This document shows, piece after piece, positions 22,691-33,111 of a DNA stretch of 33,111 nucleotides. Both the position numbers and the translations under genes were made by a program. Under the pieces are notes generated by a model that did not search any database, was not told the DNA's origin, and was given only the letters and a program-made list of their open reading frames with translations. This DNA comes from Octopus sinensis (Eukaryota): positions 1 to 33,111 of the forward strand of contig NW_021832090.1 in the NCBI RefSeq assembly GCF_006345805.1. The letters are read 5' to 3'. Position 1 is the first letter of the stretch. Each line of letters begins with the position of its first letter.

Positions 22691-22749
22691 ATGTATGTAT
22701 ATATTTTCAATGAGTACGTATAACAATGAGAAAATAAATAGTTACCTGG

Positions 22750-25260
22750 GTAGCAAAAATTCACATAAGCGCTAAAGATATTACAGACTACTAATAAAGG
22801 TAGAAATCCCAGAGTTAAATGAAATGTATAACATGGATAAATCAAGAAATGGAGTCAAACGAAGGTGTTATTCAAACCATTTATACTTCCAACATATGTT
22901 TCGAAGAAAGCGTTGAGATTATTCCGAGGGAATGAAAATGATATAAAACAATGCAATCATCGCGTCGGGGAAAAGAAAAGGAACAAAATACATCAATAAG
23001 CCATCTTAACCGAATGTGATTACCGCGTACGTAAAGAATATGATGTAAGGAGAACGCCAGCAAGTTATTTAAAAAAAACGTTAATAGATTTAACGTCAAA
23101 GGCAATTTAGAGAAATCGAAGAAAGAGAAAGAAAGAAATTAACAGAAAATTAAGAGTGGAAAAATATATGATGTGATAGATGAATGAGAATAAAGTTTAA
23201 AAGTGTGGAAATAGATATATGTAGTGGAAATGAAATGTAAGAAGACGGTTAAAAGTCGAATTTTATAGATTGGTAGAAATTACTTATAGGAACTAAAGGT
23301 ATGTTTTTGCCAATGTTTACAACGATAAACGCATTCTTTAAACGCGTTTCCAAGTGTATTCTTCGAGAATAGGATGAAAAATAGGTCTTCGTTACAGAGC
23401 GGACAAAAAGATTTGCCTTTGACATAGGGGAAAGATCTAGAATGAATTTTCCGTTCCAAAATGTATTGTTTATTCTGTTCCTTTAGAGACCAAATTAATT
23501 TACTAAGCCCAGTATTGTTGCGTTTATTGATAAGTCAAAATGTAGAATAATGGTTAGATATTCTTTTCGACAACTGAGACGAAGAGCTACCTATGTAAAA
23601 AAAGACATCAGAACCGGAAGTAATTTTACATTGATAAACAGAGTTTCTAGTCTTAGAATTACTGCTAAGGAAACGAATTCGATTCGAATTTACTCTTTAC
23701 TCTCTTTTACTCTTTTACTTGTTTCAGTCATTTGACTGCGGTCATGCTGGAACACCACCTTTAGTCGAGCAAATCGACCCCGGGACTTATTCTTTGTAAG
23801 CCCAGTACTTATTCTAGCGGTCTCTTTTTGCCGAACCGCTAAGTGACGGGGACGTAAACACACCAGCATCGGTTGTCAGGCGATGGTGGGGGGGACAAAC
23901 ACAGACACACAAACACATACATATATATATACATATATACGCGACGGCTTCTTTCAGTTTCCGTCTACCAAATCCACTCACAAGGCATTGGTCGGCCCGA
24001 GGCTATAGCAGAAGACACTTGCCCAAGATGCCACGTAGTGGGACTGAAGCCAGAACCATGTGGTTGGTAAGCAAGCTACTTACCACACAGCCATATCAAA
24101 AATATTAATATTGTTGTTATTATTGATCAAAAAATGGTTAGCGTTAATAATATCACTGTTATTATTTTCATTAAGTGGATTTGTATTTAATAACTTATGG
24201 TTATGTGAAGAAATGATTTGTGAAAGGTTTTTGGTGTTTGAAAAACCTATCCTAATTCGGTGTGAATTGATAATGGAATGGTAACTGAAATGTTTTTGGA
24301 AAATTCTTGTCTATAGCTTCACGAAATTTATAGGGGAATTTGGATTTGATCTGCTTATCAAATGGAATGACCAACCAAATTGTTTTACGAGAACCAACCT
24401 TGTTATTTGGGTAATTATCTTTAAAAGTCCTAGACTTATTTTTATTACGTATAAAGGGAAATAAAGAACGGTTATCTCCCCTACACTGCAAAAATACATT
24501 TTTCAATTTATTGTTATTATTTGAACTAAAATTTATATATTTATCACCGTTATGGTATGTTTTCATGTCCTGATTAATAGAGGCAGAATTAATGTCAATA
24601 GGGTTAATATACGTAGTTTTTTTTATTATAGCCTGCTTTAAGTACGGCAGAGTTATAAAATTCGGCCTTATCTTTAAAGATATCAACATTAGACGATAAT
24701 CTAGAAAGTATAAGAAAAATATTTCTAAGTTTCTCGTAATAGTCTTCGGGTGATTACTAAAAGAGTTAATATATTTTAAATTAGCTGAGGGTTTATGGTA
24801 TGGGAAATATGAATCATTGTATAAGTTAAGGGTAATATCTAAAAAGTTGGCTTTAGTTAAATCATCATCGAAAATAATATTTAAGGCCATGTTTCCGAAA
24901 AATTTAACCAACCTATCTTTAACCCTTTGTAATTTTTGTTTAGAAATATTTTAAAGGTAGAGTAGACACTCATCACGGTATAAACCTTCATTGATGTTTG
25001 AGAATTGATCAGCCATCTCATAAGGGGTATATATACTGATCAAATCAGCCAATTGTGCTGAGTCAGAACTTCCCATCGTGACATCAAAACTATCAGGCGT
25101 ATCTTTACGGACCCATAACTTATTTTCAAATTTAATGATTGATTTTCTGGCGGCTAACACCACTTTAATTTCATCCCGGGTGAGACCTGCTTTGCTGTGT
25201 GCAAACCAAAGTGCTTTGCTACCCAAATAAGTTGATGGGATTTGAACATCAATAACACCT
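22750..25260 (-). mobile_element. Penelope-like element (RT plus GIY-YIG endonuclease), 5'-truncated and SINE-interrupted
   Basis: RT motifs FDVTMGS, GLYRDE (for YRDD), NFLDITLNL, KYINSFSNHP. Endonuclease SVY (23634-23642)..YIG (23589-23597)..KRISNH..LSKLIWSLK..CPLC..CKH. The 3' boundary is approximate. Confidence 0.88.
23689..24093 (-). mobile_element. SINE family B, near full length, inserted between the PLE RT and GIY-YIG regions
   Basis: Minus strand reads TGGCTGTGTGGTAAG (A box)...GGCTTCAGTCCC (B-box-like)...CTTGGGCAAGTGTC..., a short internal TA/CA tract, and a (GTAAAAGA)n tail. Confidence 0.92.
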
Positions 25261-25369
25261 GCAGGAAATAACACAAATCTCTTTGAGGTCCTATATAACC
25301 AGCAGAGAGTTATTTAGATAAATATGAGCCGAGGGATATAACTCACTGCCATACATTTGAACAACGAAT

Positions 25370-25545
25370 ACAGATATGATGATTACTGAGCCAAAACCAC
25401 GTGTCCACGATTGTCATCTTATCTCCAGACAGTAAGCCTGTTCTTAATGGCTTGACAGTTTCGGAGAACATTTTAAGATTATTTCCCTTGTCAAGTGAAG
25501 CTGGTCGTAATAGCTGTTTGTTAATTACGATGCATCCTTCAGAGG
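25370..25545 (+). repeat. Interspersed repeat copy 2 with a decayed hammerhead-like core (homologous to 10535-10700)
   Basis: ATGATGA-TTACTGAGCC-AAAA-CCACGTGTC-CACGA, followed by sequence alignable with 10580-10700. Confidence 0.6.
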
Positions 25546-25889
25546 TAGAGAATAATTTTAATAAATCAAGTACTTAGATTGTATGGTATTTGATACGCTC
25601 GCATCTATCTGTATAGATATCTTGTTCGACAGAGAAAACTCCACCTCTCTGTCCTAATTCGTATGGATACTATGGCATCATGAAACCAAACATATCTCCA
25701 TAAACGGGAATATTGTGATCAGAGTAAATACATACGCTGAACCAAGAATTGTAGATTGTGCTTTACTGAGAAATACTTGATTCAAGAATACTGAACAGAG
25801 AGATATTATCTCTGTGCCGTCATCGAAAACAACTTCTTTTAGAGCAGCAGAGTCAATTCTCAGCTGACACTTTCATTATTATACAAAAT

Positions 25890-25913
25890 CGTGCGTGTGT
25901 GTGTATATATATA

Positions 25914-25945
<32 letters not shown>

Positions 25946-26059
25946 CGTACATACATACGTACGTACGTACATAAATACATACATACATACATACAAAGGA
26001 ATAGCAAGGTGAGAGAAACTGAGAAATGCATAGAGTTAGACACATACACACACAGTCAT

Positions 26060-26123
<64 letters not shown>

Positions 26124-26160
26124 AAGAGAAAGAGAAGGAACGAGAAAAAGGAAGAGAGAT
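25890..26160. repeat. (TA)n, (TACA)n and (GA)n microsatellites
   Basis: Direct reading. Confidence 0.92.
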
Positions 26161-26238
26161 GCAAACCCGCAAAATATTCTTAGACCAACTGATCAATGTA
26201 TACGTTTACATAAGACACTAACTAGATGGTGTCTGATA

Positions 26239-26304
26239 GACATCAGGTCTGACCAAAGGTAAAGGCAGAAAGCTTTCTGCATTTACGGTCAGATGTTTGA
26301 TGTC
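26239..26304. other. 66-nt imperfect inverted repeat (hairpin)
   Basis: GACATCA/TGATGTC, TCTGACC/GGTCAGA and GTAAA/TTTAC arms around the perfect palindrome GCAGAAAGCTTTCTGC (26265-26280). Confidence 0.75.
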
Positions 26305-26529
26305 CTTTCGAGTTGTAGTCACGACACACGGCCACGACTTGGCACACACTAAGACTGAAGACACGTGGGGTGGGCGGGTGGATGTTGGGTATTGTGTTTG
26401 TTTCCCTATTAGAATATTGGCCATTTACTTGAATGTCATACGTAAAATTAGTAATTTTTAAATAATAGATTAGGAATTAGTGTTTTCTTTAAAAGCAATC
26501 TTTTCTAATTAATATTTTTTGTTATAGTT

Positions 26530-27220
26530 TGTGTAGGGGCATCAACATCATTGTCGTCATCTTCGTCGTCGTCATCATCATCATCATCGTCATCATCATC
26601 ATTATTACCACTACCACCACGACCACAACCATCACCATCATCATCATCATCATCATCATCATTACCACTACCACGACCACCATGACCACCATCATCATCA
26701 TCATCATCATCACTACCACCATCACTACCACCACCACCACCACCATAATCATCATCATCATCATCATCATCGTCATCATCATCGTCATCATCATCCTCAT
26801 CGACACCACCATCACCACCACCACCACCACCACCACCACCACCACCACTACTACCATCATCAGTACCGCTCCCACTCATTCACACACTCCCTCTCTCTCT
26901 CCTCTGCATCCCATCTACCTCTTCGCCTCTTCTCCCTCTCTCTCCTCCCTTCATCCTTCACTCATTCACACACTCATTCTTTCTCTTCTCTGCACCCCTC
27001 TACCTCCCTACCTCTTCTTTTTCCCTCCCTCCCTCGTTCTCTTCCTTGCTCCCTCCCTCTCCTCCCCCATTCTTCAGTCATTCACGCATTCCCTCTCTCC
27101 CTCATTCACACCCTCCCTCTTACCCTTGTCTCTCCTCTCCCTGCTCTTCCCTCACTTCTGTCTTCCTCCTCACCTTCCTCCTCCTACACCTCACCACTCC
27201 TGCTCACCTGCCTTTCACCT
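26530..27220. repeat. (CAT)n/(CAC)n trinucleotide tract and CT-rich polypyrimidine tract
   Basis: Direct reading. Confidence 0.9.
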
Positions 27221-27489
27221 GATTGGTCCGTAGGCCAGCAGACAGGAAATTGCAGTGGCCGACCAACAACCGGAAGTGAATTAATTTCTCATGGAAATAT
27301 AAAGTAACAAAAATATCAAATAAGGGGAATAATTAAAACAAAGCAAAACGACAAGAACTACAACAGCAACAACAACAGTAGCGACAATAACAAGACGAGC
27401 CATGGCAGTTTTACCGCTCACAAAAATACATGCGCGCGCATGATAATAGTCGGACGAAGAGACTTGCAGACGAACGCTTAGAGACGCAC

Positions 27490-28270
27490 TTTATGTATGT
27501 ATGTATGTATGTGTCTGTGTATGTATGTATGTATGTATGTATGTTGTATGTAGGTGTGTGTGTGTGTATGTATGTATGTATGTATGTATGTTTATGTATG
27601 TATGTATGTGTAGTGTGTGTGTGTGTGTGTGTATTGTATGTATGTATGTAGTATGTGTCTGTGTATGTATGTATGTATGTATGTATGTATGTGTGTGGTG
27701 TGTGTGTGTGTATGTATGTATGTGTCTGTGTATGTATGTATGTATGTATGCATGGATGTATGTGTGTGTGTGTGTATGCATGTATGTATGTATGTATGTA
27801 TGTATGTATGCATGTATGTATGTGTGTGTGTATGTATGTATGTATGTGTCTGTGTATGTATGTATGTATGTATGTATGTATGTATGTATGTATGTGTCTG
27901 TGTATGTATGTATGTATGTATGTATGTACGTACGTATGCATGTATGTATGTATGTATGTATATATGTATGTATGTATGATGTATGTATGTATGTATGTAT
28001 GTATGTATGATGTATGTATGTACGTATGTATGTATGAATGTGAATGCATGCATGTATATATGTATGTATGTAAGTATGTATGTATTTATTTATCTATCTA
28101 TCTATGATAGATAGATAGATAGATATACATATCTATGTATATAGATATGTTTTTATATGTCAGTGTGTGTGTGTGTGTGTGTATTATATATATATATGTA
28201 TATATATAGGTATGTATGTACACACACATGCACATGTATATACTCATACACACATACATATACACGCACA
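27490..28270. repeat. (TATG)n/(TG)n compound microsatellite
   Basis: Direct reading. Confidence 0.95.
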
Positions 28271-28839
28271 CGCGTACGTGAGTACACGGTGTGTCTGCTT
28301 CTATCTTTCTTTCTCTTTCTCCTTTCACTCTCAGACAACTCCAGCTCCTATCCCACCCCTCTAAATTGTCTCTACCTCTCTATACCCCTCCAACCCCCCC
28401 CTTGCACTCCCCCCTACTACAACCTGCACTTCTTCTCCTCTCCCCATCCTCTCACACTACCGACGTCATTCCGGAAGATGTCGGGACTACGCGATTTAAA
28501 ATAAAAATAAAGAAAGAGAAAATTACAAATAATAATAATAATAATAATAAAAAAATGTAACGAAGATGCTGGCGAAATGAAGAGGAGCAAATGATGGTGA
28601 GAGAGTGTGTCCTGGGAATCACCGCTAGAACAATACTGTGGCTGATTGGTTTAAAATTCTCCTCATTCGCTGTGATTCTCGGCTGAACTCAATACAAACC
28701 TGAGTCGCTGGTTCCAGAGAGGCCAACCGAAAGATTCACACCCAACCAAACCACGCCACGTCACGCTCCGACGCCGACTCCCCATCCTTATTTCCATAAA
28801 AGATGCTACAAATACAAACCGAATACACACCACACACAT

Positions 28840-28928
28840 TACACACACACACACACCACACTTATGTGTGTGTATATACATATATATTCTCTCTTTCCAT
28901 TTCTTATATTATATTAATTATAATGTAT

Positions 28929-28997
<69 letters not shown>

Positions 28998-29010
28998 TAT
29001 ATGTATATAT

Positions 29011-29050
<40 letters not shown>

Positions 29051-29325
29051 GCATATACATATACATACACACACATACATATATTCATGCATACACATGC
29101 ACATAACACATACATACAAACATACATACATACGTACATATACACATACATACATGCACACACATACATACACACATATACACACATACCGACATGCATA
29201 CAGATACTTATATGCACATATACATACATGCATACATACATACACATACACACACATACATACATACGTATAATATACACATACATACATGCATACATAC
29301 ATACATAACATACATACATATACAA
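28840..29325. repeat. (TA)n/(TACA)n microsatellite
   Basis: Direct reading. Confidence 0.95.
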
Positions 29326-29504
29326 TCGGTTATGTTGCTGACGTTTTTACTGTTACTTTTTTTTATTATTTTATTACATTTTTGTAGATTTTTTGTAGTT
29401 TTTACTCTCGTTGTTTTTGTTGTTGTTGTTAAGGTTTGTGAGAATCATTGTTATTGTTTGTTTTGTTATCTCTGTTGTTGTTGCTATTACTGCAATTCCG
29501 TGTG

Positions 29505-29820
29505 AACGCGCGTGGCTTAGTGGGTAGGGTTTCCTGCTGACGACCGTAAGTTCGAGCGTTCAATTCCCCACGGCGCTTTGTGTCCTTAAGCAAGACCTTT
29601 CATTCCACGTTGTTCCAGTCCACTCAGCTGGCAAAAATGAATTGTACCCGTAATTCGAAAGGAGCCACCCTTATCAGATTCTGTGTCACACTGAATCTCC
29701 TTGAGAACTACATTAAGAGTCCGCATGTCTGTGGAGTACTCAGCCGTTTTAATTTCACGAGCAGGCTGATCCGTTGATCGGATCAACTGGAACACTCATC
29801 GTCGATATCGACGGAGTCCC
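29505..29820 (+). mobile_element. tRNA-derived SINE, family C
   Basis: A box TGGCTTAGTGG (29513-29523) and B box GTTCAATTCCC (29558-29568), then GTGTCCTTAAGCAAGAC, resembling conserved SINE central domains. Confidence 0.8.
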
Positions 29821-29959
29821 AGTGCCAGTATCGTATTTGTTACCGTTGTTATAACATTTTTTTAAGTGGTTGTTGTTGTTGTCTTGCTATTTCGTTGTCG
29901 TTGTTGTTATGATGTTTGTAATTGTTGTTGTGTTTGTTGTTTGTTATTGCTTGTGTTGT

Positions 29960-30163
29960 GGCGGCAAGCTGGCAGAATCGTTAGCACTCCGGCGAAATGC
30001 TTTGAGGTATTGCGTCTGTCTTTACGTTCTGAGTTCAAATTCCGCAAAGGTCGACTTTGCTTTTCATCCTTTCGGGGTCATTAAATAAGGTACTGGGGTC
30101 GATCTAATGGACTGGCCCCCTCCTCCAAAAACTTCGGACCTTGTGCCTAGAGTACAAAAGATC
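29960..30163 (+). mobile_element. SINE family A (tail type 2)
   Basis: GGCGGCAAGCTGGCAGAATCGTTAG head, GAGTTCAAATTCC, and tail CGGACCTTGTGCCTAGAGTACAAAAGAT. Confidence 0.9.
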
Positions 30164-30174
30164 ATTGCTAGTGT

Positions 30175-31230
30175 TGTAGCGGCGAACTGACACATTTTGC
30201 TTTACGAGTTCAATAAAGGCAACAATGCAACGGAAGGTGCGAAGAATATTAATGCAGTATATGGGGAGTGGACAATAAGCGTAAGCAAGTGCCAACGGTA
30301 GTTCCAGAAATTCTAAACTGGAAACTACAGCCTAGAAGACGAGCCTTGTCCTGGAAGATCTGTACCGCTCGACGAGGACGTCCTGTAAATCTTGGTGGGA
30401 CAAAATCTCATTGTAATTGTTGAGAAACTAGCAGAGAAGCTTGAATTTGGTTATTCAACCATTCATAGAGACCTGAGTGCCATCGGAAAAGTCAGCTAAT
30501 TGGGTCAATGGGTTCCTCACAAACTTTCCGCGTCTAATAGCGTGCAGAGTGTGAATGTGCGCTCTTCCTTGCTGTCACGTCTCACGAATGGACCTTTTTT
30601 TTTGGACAGAATAGTGACTGGTGATGAGAAATTGGTTCTCTATAAAAATGTCAAGCACCAAAGACAGTGGGTGAAGAGGAGAGAAACATGGGCACCCCAG
30701 GCTAAAGAAGAAGGTGTTATCTGTTTGGTAGGATATGAAAGGTTTATTCCACTTTGAACTTTTAAACTCAAAGTAAACGATAAAAAAGGAGATCTACTGC
30801 GAGCAGCTTGAGCGGTTTAAGTCAGCGCTGGAAGAAAAACGACCATCTTTGATTTCAAGACGAGAGGTGTTCTTCCATCAGGATAACACATGGCCACACA
30901 CAGCGGGGATGATATTTCAAAGGCTGGAGCAGTTTGAATGGAAAACGATGCCCCACACACCATATTCGCCGCACATTGCCCCAACTGATTATCATTTATT
31001 CCGCAGTCTTCAAAATCATTTGGACTGAAAAAATATGAATTCTGTAGACGAGGTCAGAACAATATTGGGGGAGTATTTTTCATTATGGGCAAGTGAATTT
31101 TGGAAGAGGGACCTTGCAAGTTTACCAGAGAGATGGAGAGTATATTTTAAGCCAAAAAAGAACTTGTTTTTCTTAATTTTGAAAAACAAAAGCATTATAA
31201 AAAAATCTCATTATTTATGGGATGACTCAA
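30175..31230 (+). mobile_element. mariner (DD34D) transposon pseudogene with 3' TIR; 5' end lost next to a SINE
   Basis: HILLYEFNKGNNAT, WVPHKL, IVTGDEK, FHQDN-34 residues-D (YSPHIAPTDYHLF); many stops and frameshifts; terminal CTCATTATTTATGGGATGACTCAA resembles a mariner TIR. Confidence 0.92.
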
Positions 31231-31526
31231 AAAGAGTAGAAAAGAGGTGATTTTGTTTTGGATGAAAGAGTTCATCTGTCATTGCCCGGTTTAACGTCAT
31301 TGTATTCTTAGGTGACTTTAGCGGAGACCAGAATGTTGCGAAATCATTTGGGATTGGTCTCCAGTTTTTATGTAAGATTTGAACGAGGATTTAAAAGGAG
31401 TGACGAGTACTTGTTGTTATGTCTCTTTGACTAAGTAAGAGTAAAAAGAATAAAAACTAAGAGGGAGACGAAAAAATGTGAAGCTTGTATGAATGGTGTA
31501 ATTGTTATGTAAACCATACGGAATCA

Positions 31527-31635
31527 TATTGGTTTCAAATTTCAGCACAAGGCCAGCAATTACATTGACTACAGTGGTCAACTTATTTTGTCGATCTCGA
31601 AAGGTTGAAAAGCAAAGTTGGCTTTGGTGGACCTT
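31527..31635 (-). mobile_element. SINE family A 3' remnant, old
   Basis: The reverse complement reads CCAACTTTGCTTTTCAACCTTTCGAGATCGACAAAATAAG...GGCCTTGTGCTGAAATTTGAAA, matching the family A body and a tail-2-like end. Confidence 0.6.
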
Positions 31636-31903
31636 TATGCTCTCCAACGCCGTTGCCTATTCACCAATATAACGAACTGTTTCGGAAATAAGGAGACATA
31701 CTGTTTGATTATTATTTCGCTCCTTGATTGGTCTTTCTCCAAGACTCCTAATAATTTCAGGATCTTCCGTGAGAATAATTTTTATTTGTCTTTGAAATTT
31801 TTTTATTTGTGTTTATTTGAAATTTCTTTATTTGTTCTTATTTGAAATTTTTTATTTGTTTTTATTTCTTATTTACTGTATGAATAAAGTAAAAAAAAAA
31901 AGT

Positions 31904-32070
31904 GTAGGCATGGCTGTGTGGTTAAGGAAGCTCGCTTTGCAACCACGCGGTTTCGGGTTCAATCTTACTGCATGACGCCTTGGGCAACTGTTTTCTACTA
32001 TAGCCTCAGGTCGACCGATGTCCCTTGTCAGGGAATTTGGTAGACGGAAATTGTGCGGAAGCCCATCGTA
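31904..32070 (+). mobile_element. SINE family B 5' half
   Basis: A box TGGCTGTGTGG, B box GGGTTCAATC, then CCTTGGGCAAC...TTTGGTAGACGGAAA; runs into a microsatellite and no 3' half is seen. Confidence 0.85.
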
Positions 32071-32205
32071 TACATACATATCTATCTGTTCGTCTCTCTG
32101 TCTGCATGTCTGTCTGTCTGTCTCTCCTCTCTCTATCTATCTATCTAATCTATCTATCTACTTACCTACCTACCACCTTCTACCTACTACCTACCTACCT
32201 ACTAC

Positions 32206-32255
<50 letters not shown>

Positions 32256-32343
32256 GTTATCTATCTTCTATCTATCTATATATCTATCTATCTACTTACC
32301 TACCTACCTACCTATCTACCTACCTACCTACCTACCTACCTAC

Positions 32344-32401
<58 letters not shown>

Positions 32402-32475
32402 CTTACTACCTACCTACCTATCTACCTTACCTACCTACCTACCTACATACCTACCTATCTATCTATCTATCTATC

Positions 32476-32517
<42 letters not shown>

Positions 32518-32520
32518 TAG
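32071..32520. repeat. (TCTA)n/(CCTA)n microsatellite
   Basis: Direct reading. Confidence 0.95.
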
Positions 32521-32899
32521 TACGTAATACAATACAGAATAATATTACATACCAAAAAATATAAACACGGAAAGCAGAGACCCAGCAAAATAAATTATAA
32601 CAAAAACCTTGAGACAAAAATCTCAAAGTACTCGTACTTCTCTGAATGCCGTGCATTCGGCAGTTTAAGCATTGTACCCAGTCATAAACTTTCAACTAAA
32701 AACAAACTAATGGTTAATAAACGTCACCAAATCGATTCAAATCTTGTCACCGTTGATTTAGCTTATATTTTTTAGGGGGAAAGGGGAGATAAATCAGATA
32801 TTTGTTATATAATATTGATGGTTTAGGCTATTTGTAGAAAAAAAAAGGATTTTTTTTTCCTTTCTAGAATTTCACCGTTGTGTTCTTCAGTGACTGTTT

Positions 32900-32911
32900 G
32901 CCTGTCTGTCA

Positions 32912-33006
<95 letters not shown>

Positions 33007-33085
33007 CATCCATCTATCTATCTACCTGTCTGTCTGTCTGTCTGTCTATTATCTATCTATCGATTGATCGATTTATCTATCTGTA
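32900..33085. repeat. (TCTA)n/(TCTG)n microsatellite
   Basis: Direct reading. Confidence 0.95.
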
Positions 33086-33111
33086 TATCCACCTCAAATA
33101 CACACACACAC

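Noticed and set aside
25545-25880. Stop-poor minus-strand frames upstream of the PLE RT
   Set aside because: Short (about 65-75 codons) and interrupted, with no recognisable motif; resemblance to PLE N-termini was too weak to call.
27219-27278. CCAAT plus ETS (ACCGGAAGTG) motif pair
   Set aside because: Similar CCGGAAG matches occur inside TE relics elsewhere in the window (near 8990 and 23612); consistent with chance.
1909-32070. tRNA genes at the A/B-box-containing heads
   Set aside because: Each continues into a repeated non-tRNA body and tail with no cloverleaf acceptor stem, so they are SINEs.
32608-32665. Short 5-7 bp stem hairpins, possibly a Helitron end
   Set aside because: Stems of this length are expected by chance, and no CTRR terminus follows.
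29-33111. The many YI-, CV-, HT-, poly-L and poly-I ORFs in the track
   Set aside because: All are translations of di-, tri- or tetranucleotide microsatellites.

Overview
This window is eukaryotic, AT-rich, non-genic DNA made almost entirely of microsatellites, minisatellites and decayed transposons. The SINE families resemble those I recall from octopus, so a coleoid cephalopod origin is likely but unconfirmed. No intact host gene, tRNA, rRNA or CRISPR array is supported, and most long ORFs in the track are simple-repeat artefacts. Recognisable elements are: (1) a Tc1 DD34E transposon with long IR/DR-type TIRs, split by a SINE; (2) an internally deleted APE-type LINE containing a palindrome-rich minisatellite; (3) a Tigger-like MITE; (4) an RTE-like LINE 3' fragment; (5) a 30-bp satellite with a higher-order repeat; (6) an R4/Dong-like RLE retrotransposon and a non-coding retroposon, both in (ATT)n tracts; (7) a DD36E Tc1 fragment; (8) a Penelope-like element (RT plus GIY-YIG); (9) a DD34D mariner; and (10) about ten tRNA-derived SINEs from three families. 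The most unusual observations are an 88-bp perfect flanking duplication around a retroposon, two diverged copies of a repeat with a decayed hammerhead-like core, a long fold-back hairpin at the 3' end of the R4-like element, a templated ORF1 patch at a LINE deletion junction, and the DD36E spacing. All alignments and translations were done by eye.
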